DNA of 64,000 nucleotides from Sphingobacteriia bacterium (GTDB taxonomy: Bacteria; Bacteroidota; Bacteroidia; NS11-12g; UBA955), in NCBI GenBank assembly GCA_021151535.1, contig JAGKXC010000002.1, forward strand, positions 7,174 to 71,173, written 5' to 3'. Under the pieces are notes generated by a model. It did no database searches, had not been told where the DNA came from, and saw nothing but the letters and a program-made list of their open reading frames with translations. Position numbers and translations under genes: made by a program. Shown piece after piece: positions 1 through 8,802 of the stretch (positions within the stretch are counted from its first letter, which is position 1; each line of letters opens with the position of its first letter).

Positions 1-1023
1 CGCTTTGTAAGACCTACTGAAGAAATCAAGAAGGAAAAGGATTGGAATCAGAAGATTGAAATCATGGTGCGAGAAGCGCCCAATTGGGATGTAGCGATGG
101 TTGCAGGTGGACCGGCATGGATAAAAATGCTGTTGGAAAAAATAATCGATCATCACCAACTAAAAAACATACATGAAATTTGGCCTCATTTCAGTTTTTA
201 TTCTTGGGGTGCTGTAAGTTTAGCCCCTTACAAGGATCAAATTGATGCAATGTTAGGGAAGCCAATCGTATACTTTGAGACGTATCTAGCAAGTGAAGGA
301 TTTATTGCATACCAGAATAAAACAGATGCCAGTGGAATGGTTTTGGCGTTGAGGAATAACATGTTTTTTGAATTTATTCCATTTGACGATGATCATTTTA
401 CAGAAACCGGTGAGCCGCGCGATCCACATTTTGCATTGGATATAGATGAAGTTCAAGAAAGTAAGGATTATGCAATTGTGATTTCAACTTGTTCGGGTGC
501 ATGGCGATATTTAATTGGTGATACAATTCGTTTCACCAACTTGGATGCATGTGAAATAAAAATTACGGGTAGAACAAAACAATTTTTAAGTATCTGTGGT
601 GAGCACTTGAGTGTAGATAATATGAACCAAGGGGTTATTAGTACGGCAAAGAAGTTCGGTTATCAATCGCCTGAATTTACAGTGAAGGGATTTAAGAATA
701 ACAATGGGGTAATGGGTCATAGGTGGTTTGTTGCCTGCGATGATGCTGGGATTGATGCGAATGCAGTAAGGGAAGTACTGGATCAGGAGCTTTGCGAGTT
801 GAATGACGATTATGCTACTGAGCGAAAGCACGTGCTGAAAGAGATGGAATTGGTTTTGTTACCGGAGGCAGTGTTCTTGGATTTTATGGAAAAGCAAGGA
901 AAATTGGGAGGGCAGAGCAAATTCCCTAGGGTCATGCCAGATGCCATGTATAAAAATTGGGAATCTTTTTTAGATGAAACCCAAGAGAACTGGAGGGGCT
1001 CCAAAAAATTGGGAATGAATTAG
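1..1023 (+). CDS. GH3 auxin-responsive-promoter family protein (acyl-adenylate/amido synthetase-like), 5'-truncated by window edge
   Basis: Reading frame is open from nt 1 into the 64..1023 ORF, so the N-terminus lies upstream of the window. The C-terminal region (WPHFSFYSWGAV..., ...GRTKQFLSICGEHL...) recalls bacterial GH3-family proteins. Confidence 0.5.
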   Translation, partial: RFVRPTEEIKKEKDWNQKIEIMVREAPNWDVAMVAGGPAWIKMLLEKIIDHHQLKNIHEIWPHFSFYSWGAVSLAPYKDQIDAMLGKPIVYFETYLASEGFIAYQNKTDASGMVLALRNNMFFEFIPFDDDHFTETGEPRDPHFALDIDEVQESKDYAIVISTCSGAWRYLIGDTIRFTNLDACEIKITGRTKQFLSICGEHLSVDNMNQGVISTAKKFGYQSPEFTVKGFKNNNGVMGHRWFVACDDAGIDANAVREVLDQELCELNDDYATERKHVLKEMELVLLPEAVFLDFMEKQGKLGGQSKFPRVMPDAMYKNWESFLDETQENWRGSKKLGMN

Positions 1024-1033
1024 TTAAAAAAAG

Positions 1034-1852
1034 ATGAATCAATTGAACAGTACAACTGAATCGGTATCCAATTTTAATAATTTGGATGAATTGGATTTTC
1101 TATCACTTGTAACGGGTATTAATCAAGAGGATATGAGTATTGCTGATAGGGTTGCCAATGAATTGCCTGTTATAGCAAAGCTTTCGGAAGCCATTTATGA
1201 GCGTTTAAAATTGGGGGGTAGGTTGTTTTATTTGGGGGCTGGCACAAGTGGTAGATTGGGTGTGGTAGATGCCAGCGAATGTCCGCCAACTTATGGGGTT
1301 AATTTTGATAAAGTAATTGGTATAATTGCAGGGGGTGATGGAGCCATTCGAAAAGCTGTTGAATTTGCCGAAGATGATGAAGAGCAAGGATGGATAGATT
1401 TACAGGCTTATGGAATTAATGAAAAAGACGCTGTAGTGGGAATTACTGCATCTGGCCGCACGCCTTATGTGTTGTCGGCATTGAAGAATTGCAATGAAAA
1501 TGGAATACTTACAGGAGGAATTGCGTGTAATAAGGATTCAAAAATGGCTAGTATAGCTCAAATTTGCGTTGAAGTGGCAACAGGGCCTGAATTTGTAACC
1601 GGAAGTACACGGATGAAAGCAGGTACTGCAACCAAAATGGTGTTAAATATGATTACTACCTCCGTGATGATTCGATTGGGACATGTTAAAGGCAATAAAA
1701 TGGTAGATATGCAATTAACTAACTTGAAATTAATTGATCGCGGTACCCGCATGATTATGGATGAAATTCCATCGCTGGGATATGAACAAGCGAAGCAGTT
1801 ATTGCTCCAACAAGGAAGTGTTAGGAAGGCGATTGAGGCTTATTCCAAGTAA
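1034..1852 (+). CDS. murQ: N-acetylmuramic acid 6-phosphate etherase (SIS domain)
   Basis: 272 aa with LFYLGAGTSGRLGVVDASECPPTYG and GITASGRTPYV SIS motifs typical of MurQ. Tightly follows the upstream gene. Confidence 0.85.
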   Translation: MNQLNSTTESVSNFNNLDELDFLSLVTGINQEDMSIADRVANELPVIAKLSEAIYERLKLGGRLFYLGAGTSGRLGVVDASECPPTYGVNFDKVIGIIAGGDGAIRKAVEFAEDDEEQGWIDLQAYGINEKDAVVGITASGRTPYVLSALKNCNENGILTGGIACNKDSKMASIAQICVEVATGPEFVTGSTRMKAGTATKMVLNMITTSVMIRLGHVKGNKMVDMQLTNLKLIDRGTRMIMDEIPSLGYEQAKQLLLQQGSVRKAIEAYSK

Positions 1853-1870
1853 ATTGCCGAAAATCGGCTA

Positions 1871-3883
1871 TTAATTTTGATGGATATTCATCCATTTTTC
1901 AACCCATTTGGTTTTGCCTTGTTGAACCTGAATTAGGTACATTCCAGCAGATAATTCTGGTAAAGAAATCCAAGGAAGGAGAGAATGATTAGGTTCTAGT
2001 TGGATTGATTTTATTAACTGACCTTGGAAATTGTAAATGGAGATTTCTGATTTTCCAAGACTTGGGTTAATACCAGATTTTTCTAAGTCTAAACCAAATT
2101 CACCTTGTGAGGGATTGGGGATGATTTTGATTTTTCCTGTGGTAGGAAGTTGCGATAGATCTTGGCTATTTAGGCTGTAACCAACCGTAAAATCATAGTT
2201 GATATCTGTTCCGAAATCGCCATTAAAAATTTTCAAAGATTGTCCGGTTGTACCATTTCTAAGTGCCAAAGTTCCTGTGCCATCTGCAGTGTTGGCCCAC
2301 CAGCTGATGCCATCTTCATTTAGGAAATAGCTCTCAGGTGGAACACCCGTATCAGAGAATTGGAAGGTAAAGCATCCATTATAGAAATAGAAAGTATCGC
2401 GATTGATGGTGTTTGCTGTTGTAAAATTCTTTTTCTCATAAACAATATGCCCTGCAGCATCTAAGAATCTGTAGGAGTTTTCTGATGGGGCATTGTTGGT
2501 TCTAAAAAGCACCACAATTTTATTTGGTAATAATGGTGGTGTAGGTGGCAAATTAGAACGTAACTTATTGTTGCTAATATTGGTTTCAATTTGTTGATTT
2601 GATTCCATTAATTCCACTTCAAATTGAGTAGAGGTATGAGTAAAATCAACACCATAACTCAAGCGGATATTTTGTTTTTGATTGGGCGATAAAGTACCTG
2701 TCCAATAATGTGTTTTGGAATTTCCACCGACAACACCGTATTTGAAGTAAAGGTTATGAATGGTATCTGTGCCATTGTTTCTAACAATTATTTCAGGTTC
2801 GCCGCACATGGGGTTAACCCTAGCATATTGTGGATCTGTTGAAGGCCTTATAATTTCTTCAATAGCAACATCATGTTTGTGAGTGAAATCGCCATAAGTA
2901 ATGCGATAAGCAGAGATCATATAATTTGCGCCTCCGCTTGTTGTAGCATAATGCTGCATATCAAGATCGAAACTATGAGCCAAGGTATCTGCATTTGGCA
3001 TTTCAAAATTATAATCCCAAACGGATTGCCCAGGACACCAATTGGTTCTATCGTAAATCCAAGTTCCATTTTGTGGGAAAACGGGGTTGCTGCCACAGTC
3101 GTCACGCCAAACATAGGATGAATCTAGTATTTGAGAATCTATGGTTAAATATCGCATTTTGGGGCAGAATTCGGCACAATTTTCAGGTTTGTCCATACCA
3201 TGGCCGGTTTGAATAATTTTAAAACGGGTAGTTTTGGCAGCTGAGGCGATTTTTGGATCTAATTTCCAATGATATTCCGGAACGCGTGCGTCAAAAATGG
3301 AATCGTTGCCATAAGGTGGATTGATGGTATAAATTCTTTCAATATCAAGAACTGGGCGTGTTTCAGGCCCTTCTATCATAAAGAAATTAAGGTTTATAAC
3401 CCAACCTCTTCCGTTTCTTGCCTCATAGCCGGTGTGTTGATACCATATTTCAATGGAATCGCGGAAAAGTTGCTGAAAGTCTGTAATATCAAATCTCCAG
3501 GTATGTTTCCAAGAGGCATTGAATCCCAAGCCGTAAGGAGTAATTAATCGCATGATTTCCCAACCCAGTGAATCGTTAAAAGTTCCTTTTCTTTTTCCAA
3601 TTCGAATGTAATTTAGGTAATCCCATTCGCCACAGGTCATGCCTGAAGGGCATTGAAAAGATAATTCTGCATACATTTTTTGGTATGAACCGGATTTTGG
3701 AAACTGCCCCCATCCATAATAGTTTGTACTGCCTCGAGAAGGATCTGTTTGTATTAAAACTTGTTGGTGGGTATTTACAATTGTGGTATCTCCTGTTTTT
3801 GCATAAATGGTTGAGCTAAAAATGCTTAAAATGGAGAATAGGAAAAAATTGAAAGAATATTGGGCGATAAATCTGTTTGCCAT
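1871..3883 (-). CDS. Peptide-N4-(N-acetyl-beta-glucosaminyl)asparagine amidase F (PNGase F) family protein with T9SS C-terminal sorting domain
   Basis: N-terminal signal peptide. Blocks CPSGMTCGEWDYLNYIRI, ITPYGLG, FDITDF, NCAEFCPK and CGSNPVFPQNGTW...NWCPGQSV align with my recollection of Elizabethkingia PNGase F. C-terminal ~80 aa (IYNFQGQLIKSIQL...GMYLIQVQQGKTKWVEKW) is a Por/T9SS type-A CTD. Confidence 0.7.
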   Translation of the reverse strand: MANRFIAQYSFNFFLFSILSIFSSTIYAKTGDTTIVNTHQQVLIQTDPSRGSTNYYGWGQFPKSGSYQKMYAELSFQCPSGMTCGEWDYLNYIRIGKRKGTFNDSLGWEIMRLITPYGLGFNASWKHTWRFDITDFQQLFRDSIEIWYQHTGYEARNGRGWVINLNFFMIEGPETRPVLDIERIYTINPPYGNDSIFDARVPEYHWKLDPKIASAAKTTRFKIIQTGHGMDKPENCAEFCPKMRYLTIDSQILDSSYVWRDDCGSNPVFPQNGTWIYDRTNWCPGQSVWDYNFEMPNADTLAHSFDLDMQHYATTSGGANYMISAYRITYGDFTHKHDVAIEEIIRPSTDPQYARVNPMCGEPEIIVRNNGTDTIHNLYFKYGVVGGNSKTHYWTGTLSPNQKQNIRLSYGVDFTHTSTQFEVELMESNQQIETNISNNKLRSNLPPTPPLLPNKIVVLFRTNNAPSENSYRFLDAAGHIVYEKKNFTTANTINRDTFYFYNGCFTFQFSDTGVPPESYFLNEDGISWWANTADGTGTLALRNGTTGQSLKIFNGDFGTDINYDFTVGYSLNSQDLSQLPTTGKIKIIPNPSQGEFGLDLEKSGINPSLGKSEISIYNFQGQLIKSIQLEPNHSLLPWISLPELSAGMYLIQVQQGKTKWVEKWMNIHQN

Positions 3884-3912
3884 TACTTACAAAGAAATGA
3901 CAAACTGCCTTA

Positions 3913-4425
3913 TCAAGCAAGAATTTCCCAAGTTTTATCAGCTAGTAATCTTACAGTGTGAATCCATGATTCAAAGGGCATTTGCTTTCCCCATTCATAC
4001 GGGGCAACCATTGAAAGAACTTGGGTGCCGTCGGATTTTTGGTATAGGTGATAGATTCCGTGAATAACAGGTTCGAAATTGATTTCTGCTTTGTAAATGG
4101 AATGAGAAATTGCCAAACGTTCTTCAATGGCTTTTGCTTGTTCAATGAGCAATGCCGCTTGTTTTTTAAGCATGGTAATTTGCTGCTCGGCTTGGTATTG
4201 CATGCTTTCATGTGCATTGGCCTTAAGTAAGCGTTTATCTATCGGTTCGATTTTTGGTGAAGTAACGGACAAAGCATAAGGTGCAGCGTGAAGTTCACCT
4301 TGATAGATAGCTTCTCTTAAAAAACGAGGACGTGTATCAATTGTATCAGAATCAGCAGCGGTCAAATCTTCCAATGTTGGAAGAGGTTTTTCATTTTCCA
4401 TTGGCGACTGATGATGGGTTTCCAT
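3913..4425 (-). CDS. conserved hypothetical cytoplasmic protein (Bacteroidota DUF-type, ~170 aa)
   Basis: Clean 170-aa ORF with no signal peptide and a coiled-coil-like central region. No family recognised with confidence. Confidence 0.4.
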   Translation of the reverse strand: METHHQSPMENEKPLPTLEDLTAADSDTIDTRPRFLREAIYQGELHAAPYALSVTSPKIEPIDKRLLKANAHESMQYQAEQQITMLKKQAALLIEQAKAIEERLAISHSIYKAEINFEPVIHGIYHLYQKSDGTQVLSMVAPYEWGKQMPFESWIHTVRLLADKTWEILA

Positions 4426-4454
4426 AATCAGTTAACAATTGAATGTAGAATTTG

Positions 4455-5447
4455 TTAGGAAATCCAAGTATTTTTTACCAAAATTTCTGCGATTTGAACC
4501 GCATTGGTAGCTGCACCTTTTCTTAAGTTGTCCGAAACAACCCACATATTAATGGTATTGGGTGCAGATTCGTCTAGTCTTAATCGCCCTACAAAAACAT
4601 CGTCCTTGTCATGCGCGGTTAGAGGCATAGGGTAGAGGTTGATGGAGGGGTTGTCTTGCAAAGTGATTCCGGGTTCTTGCAACAGAATTTCTTTGATTTC
4701 CTGAATGGAAACTGGATTTTGGAAACTGGCGTTAATGCTTTCTGAATGTCCGCCAACGGTAGGAATTCTCACAGTGGTTGCGGTGATTTTCAACTGGGGA
4801 TGATCCATGATTTTTTTTGTTTCCATCATCATTTTCATCTCCTCTTTGGTGTAACCATTGTCTTGAAAAACATCGATATGAGGCAACACATTTAAATCGA
4901 TTGGGTGGGGATAAACTTTATCGCCCTGAATTCCGGCGCGTTCATTAAATAATTGGGAAACAGCTTTTTGCCCTGTTCCAGTAACGCTTTGATAAGTAGA
5001 AACCACAACGCGTTGTAGGTTAAATTTTTTGTGTAAAGGATTGAGAGCTACAACCATTTGAATGGTTGAGCAGTTGGGATTTGCGATGATGAAGCTGTCT
5101 TTTTTTAGGTGATGGGCATTTACCTCAGGAACTACCAAAGGAATATTGGGTTCCATTCTCCAAGCGGAAGAATTATCAACCACATAGCATCCAATTTCCG
5201 CGAATTTCGGTGCCCATTCTTTGCTTACAGTTCCGCCTGCAGAGAATATGGCTAATTGTGGTTTTAATGAGATAGCGGTTTCGGCGGTTACAACAGTATA
5301 ATCTTTACCTTTAAAACTAACCTTTTTACCAGCACTGTGAGAAGAGGCTACTGGGATTAATTCAGTTACTGGGAAATTTCTTTCTGTTAGAATTTCTAGC
5401 ATTTTCGTGCCCACCAGGCCAGTGGCACCTACTACGGCTACTCTCAT
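4455..5447 (-). CDS. asd: aspartate-semialdehyde dehydrogenase
   Basis: MRVAVVGATGLVG N-terminal NAD(P)-binding motif, the catalytic-Cys region (IANPNCSTI) and a 330-aa length typical of Asd. Confidence 0.9.
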   Translation of the reverse strand: MRVAVVGATGLVGTKMLEILTERNFPVTELIPVASSHSAGKKVSFKGKDYTVVTAETAISLKPQLAIFSAGGTVSKEWAPKFAEIGCYVVDNSSAWRMEPNIPLVVPEVNAHHLKKDSFIIANPNCSTIQMVVALNPLHKKFNLQRVVVSTYQSVTGTGQKAVSQLFNERAGIQGDKVYPHPIDLNVLPHIDVFQDNGYTKEEMKMMMETKKIMDHPQLKITATTVRIPTVGGHSESINASFQNPVSIQEIKEILLQEPGITLQDNPSINLYPMPLTAHDKDDVFVGRLRLDESAPNTINMWVVSDNLRKGAATNAVQIAEILVKNTWIS

Positions 5448-5467
5448 TTTTTAAAATTATATCTAAT

Positions 5468-5674
5468 TTATTGTGAATCTTTTGCAAGGCTATCTTGCAT
5501 CATCAATTGTTCGAATCCTAGTTCTTGAGAAGTTGAATCAGTGGAATCTTGTTCTTGTTTTTCTTCTGCAGAATATGCGCCTTCGGGGTTGTTGGAACAA
5601 CTACTTAATGAAGCTATCGCTGTGGAAGTCAGGGCAATAACAGCTATTAAAAGGAATTTGTTGGTAGAATTCAT
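5468..5674 (-). CDS. small acidic lipoprotein (hypothetical)
   Basis: Start taken at the internal Met (MNSTNKFLLIAVIALTSTAIASLSSC), which gives a lipoprotein signal with an LSSC lipobox and avoids overlap with the upstream gene. Confidence 0.4.
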   Translation of the reverse strand: MNSTNKFLLIAVIALTSTAIASLSSCSNNPEGAYSAEEKQEQDSTDSTSQELGFEQLMMQDSLAKDSQ

Positions 5675-5702
5675 ATTGAAATTGTTAGAGGATGGAAAAT
5701 AA

Positions 5703-6257
5703 TTAGAAAATATCGAGCTTTTCAAAAAGTAAGGTTAAGTTATCGAAGTTTTTCATGCCTACTACTTCTTCTTTTTGGCAGTTGATGGAGATGTTTTCCC
5801 AACCCTTTTCAATAACTGTTTCTGGATTAGTAAGTAAATCAGAAATATTAATAATGACGTGATCTTGATTGTCTGTTACCGAAACATTTGGGGTTGCGAT
5901 ATGATGCATAAAAGTTGTGGTAGATGGATTTTCTTTAGCCATATTGGTTGGCTCGCTACATTGGATAATCCAATCCCATTGTGATGATTCTGGGAACGCA
6001 GATTTTATGGTATCGATCATGTTTTCTGGACATTCAATTCCATCAACGGGTAATATGGTGATCCAGCTTTTGATGGTTTCAAAATCTATATTGGAATTTA
6101 TTTCAAGGATAAGTTTGGGTCCGGCGCACCAACCGATAATTTCTTGAACTTTTGCGATGGGGAGCGTATCCACTGTAAAGCCAATCCATTCTGCCATGGC
6201 AGCGGCGGCATATCTGGCATCGGATAAATCCTGAATGTTATTGAATTTGATTTTCAT
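5703..6257 (-). CDS. phosphoribosylanthranilate isomerase (TrpF)-like protein, divergent
   Basis: N-terminus MKIKFNNIQDLSDARYAAAAMAEWIGFTV parallels the TrpF start MKVKICGLT..A..A...GAD.GFVF. It is not in a trp operon, so function is uncertain. Confidence 0.35.
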   Translation of the reverse strand: MKIKFNNIQDLSDARYAAAAMAEWIGFTVDTLPIAKVQEIIGWCAGPKLILEINSNIDFETIKSWITILPVDGIECPENMIDTIKSAFPESSQWDWIIQCSEPTNMAKENPSTTTFMHHIATPNVSVTDNQDHVIINISDLLTNPETVIEKGWENISINCQKEEVVGMKNFDNLTLLFEKLDIF

Positions 6258-6280
6258 TTCGGGGCGATTTTAAAAGGGTT

Positions 6281-6314
6281 AAAAAAAAAGGCTGCGATTG
6301 CAGCCCTTTTCAAT
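6281..6314 (-). terminator. rho-independent terminator for the E2 gene (bidirectional A-run/hairpin/T-run)
   Basis: aaaaaaaaaGGCTGCgattGCAGCCctttt: a perfect 6-bp GC stem flanked by A- and T-tracts, lying 5 nt beyond the E2 stop on the minus strand. Confidence 0.75.
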
Positions 6315-6318
6315 ATTG

Positions 6319-7551
6319 TTATACCAATAGTGTAACGGGCTCTTCCAAGTAGTCTTTAAGTGTTTTCAGGAATTGTGCACCTGAAGCACCGTCTACTACC
6401 CTGTGATCGCAACTTAAAGTTACCTTCATCACTTTTACAGGTTTGATTTCTCCGTTTACAACACCTACAGTTTCTTTTACACCGCCAACTGCAAGAATGC
6501 AAGCATCTGGGGGGTTAATGATAGCGGTGAATTCTTCAATGCCAAACATGCCTAAGTTAGAAATGGTGAATGTATTTCCAGCCCAATCTTGGGGTTGTAA
6601 TTTTTTCTCTTTGGCTTTTTTGCCGTAATCTTTCACTTCTGCAGAGATTTGAGAAAGTGATTTGTTATCGGCAAACCTTACAACAGGAACCAACAATCCA
6701 TCTTCAACAGCCATAGCCACGCCTATATGGATGTGGTGGTTATATCTGATTTTTGTTCCTAACCAACTAGAATTGATGGTTGGATGTTTTCTCAATGAAG
6801 CTGCAGCTGCTTTTACTACCAAATCGTTCATAGAGATTTTTACATCGCTAATTTGATTCATTTGTTCGCGGGCAACTACTGCTTTGTCCATATTAATTTC
6901 TACGGTTAAGTAGAAGTGAGGAGCAGTAAATTTAGATTCGGCCAATCTTGAAGCGATTGTTTTTCTCATTTGAGAAACATTCACTTCATGATAACTTTCA
7001 ACTCCAGAAACGGCAGGTGCAGCCACATTAGTGCTAGCAGAAGCTGATGGTGTAAAGTTTTCGATATCTTTTTTAATGATTCTGCCATTTTCGCCAGAAC
7101 CGGTAACTTCTTGGATGTTGATTCCTTTGTCTTCAGCTAATTTCTTTGCCAAAGGTGAAGCTTTAAGGCGATCGTTGTTGGTAGCTGCAGGAGTAGTTGC
7201 CGCTGATGGAACTGTGGTTGATGTTGCAACTGGCTGTGTGGCGGCGGGTTCTGCGCTCGGCGCAGGGCTTGCTGCAGCAGGAGCTGCAGAAAGCAAAGAT
7301 TGAAAATCTTCACCCGCCGCTCCTACGATAGCGATAATTGAGTCTACTGGTGTGGCTTCGCCTTCAGAAACTGCAAGGTGAAGAATGGTGCCTTTTGCGT
7401 AAACTTCCATGTCCATCGTGGCTTTGTCGGTCTCAACCTCAGCCAAAATGTCGCCACTTTTTACACTATCGCCTACTTTATAATTCCATTTTACAATGAC
7501 ACCCTCGGTCATGGTGTCACTCATCTTAGGTAATTTTACAACTTCTGCCAT
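6319..7551 (-). CDS. 2-oxoacid dehydrogenase E2 component (dihydrolipoyllysine-residue acyltransferase), probably pyruvate dehydrogenase E2
   Basis: N-terminal lipoyl domain (GDILAEVETDKATMDMEV), an Ala/Pro-rich linker, a peripheral-subunit-binding domain and the C-terminal catalytic motif DHRVVDGASGAQFL. Start chosen at MAEVVKLPKMSDTM. Confidence 0.85.
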   Translation of the reverse strand: MAEVVKLPKMSDTMTEGVIVKWNYKVGDSVKSGDILAEVETDKATMDMEVYAKGTILHLAVSEGEATPVDSIIAIVGAAGEDFQSLLSAAPAAASPAPSAEPAATQPVATSTTVPSAATTPAATNNDRLKASPLAKKLAEDKGINIQEVTGSGENGRIIKKDIENFTPSASASTNVAAPAVSGVESYHEVNVSQMRKTIASRLAESKFTAPHFYLTVEINMDKAVVAREQMNQISDVKISMNDLVVKAAAASLRKHPTINSSWLGTKIRYNHHIHIGVAMAVEDGLLVPVVRFADNKSLSQISAEVKDYGKKAKEKKLQPQDWAGNTFTISNLGMFGIEEFTAIINPPDACILAVGGVKETVGVVNGEIKPVKVMKVTLSCDHRVVDGASGAQFLKTLKDYLEEPVTLLV

Positions 7552-7947
7552 GTGATAATTGGGATACAAACTTACAAGTTTTTTCTTTTGAATGTGCTTT
7601 TCTAGGTTGGAAAATTGCCTTTCGGGTTGGTTTTTGTATTGTTTTGTTCAACAAATCACAATTTGGTTTATTTGGTTTCTTATCAATGAATTAGTTACAT
7701 AAGTGTTTTGATGACACTTATTTGGGTGTGAATCTTAGGTTTTAAGCTGCAGAATTCTTGATTCCACATTATGATATTCTTACTTAAAATCTATTGATAG
7801 AATTGGGCGATGTAAACGAACTTATACGTTTAAAAACGCTTGAAATTCAAAGGATTCTTGGGAGGGTGGTAATTTTATAGTATCATTGTAGTAAGGATTT
7901 TTGGAGCTAAAAAATTCATTAATTCCTTGATATTCAATTTTATAAAA

Positions 7948-8754
7948 ATGGACTTTACAGGTTTTGAGTACGAGAAATTTTTGCAACATGTTTTAGAACA
8001 TGGTAATAGAAAAACGGATAGAACGGGCACTGGTACCATCAGCGTTTTTGGTGGGCAGTTGCGTTTTGATCTACAAAAGGGTTTCCCACTCATAACTACC
8101 AAGAAAGTGCATTTAAAAAGCATTATCTATGAATTACTTTGGTTTTTGAAAGGTGAAACCAATATCCAATATTTGAAAGAAAACGGAGTAAGTATTTGGG
8201 ATGAATGGGCTGATGAAAATGGTGAATTGGGTCCTGTTTACGGAAAACAATGGCGCTCTTGGGAAGCAAAAGACGGACGGGTAATTGACCAAATTAGTGA
8301 AGCATTGCATTTGATTAAAAATAGTCCTGATAGTAGAAGGATTTTAGTGAATGCTTGGAATGTGGGTGAAATTGATAAAATGGCTTTGATGCCTTGCCAT
8401 ACCATGTTTCAATTCTACGTTGCAGACGGAAAATTGAGTTGCCAATTGTATCAAAGAAGTGCTGATTTGTTTTTAGGTGTGCCTTTTAATATTGCCAGTT
8501 ACGCATTGTTAACCATGATGATGGCACAGGTTTGTGGATTGCAATATGGCGATTTTGTGCATACGTTTGGCGATGCGCATATCTATTCGAATCATATGGA
8601 TCAAGTGAATCTGCAACTTTCTCGTGAGCCAAAACCTTATCCAACGATGAGGTTAAATCCTGAGATTAAAGAGCTTTTCAACTTTACCTTTGAGGACTTT
8701 ACCTTAGAAGGATATGAACCATGGCCAGGAATTAAAGCGCCTGTTGCAATTTAA
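7948..8754 (+). CDS. thyA: thymidylate synthase
   Basis: Near-canonical ThyA throughout, including RTGTGT, the MALMPCH active-site Cys and the [17 protein letters not shown] block. Start at the second Met (MDFTGFEY). Confidence 0.95.
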   Translation: MDFTGFEYEKFLQHVLEHGNRKTDRTGTGTISVFGGQLRFDLQKGFPLITTKKVHLKSIIYELLWFLKGETNIQYLKENGVSIWDEWADENGELGPVYGKQWRSWEAKDGRVIDQISEALHLIKNSPDSRRILVNAWNVGEIDKMALMPCHTMFQFYVADGKLSCQLYQRSADLFLGVPFNIASYALLTMMMAQVCGLQYGDFVHTFGDAHIYSNHMDQVNLQLSREPKPYPTMRLNPEIKELFNFTFEDFTLEGYEPWPGIKAPVAI

Positions 8755-8802
8755 TTTATATAACTTTTGTAAACCTCCCAGAGGTGGTTTTGAAAATATT
8801 CA

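Noticed and set aside
7570-7926. 357-bp divergent intergenic region between E2 and thyA, inspected for riboswitch/tRNA/sRNA
   Set aside because: Only short imperfect hairpins (for example TAAACGaacttataCGTTTA). No conserved riboswitch cores recognised. Most simply a dual promoter region.
8771-8793. possible thyA terminator (ACCTCccaGAGGT + GGTTTTG)
   Set aside because: The stem is only 5 bp with a 3-nt loop and the T-tract is interrupted. It may equally be part of the TBDR promoter, so it is not listed as a feature.
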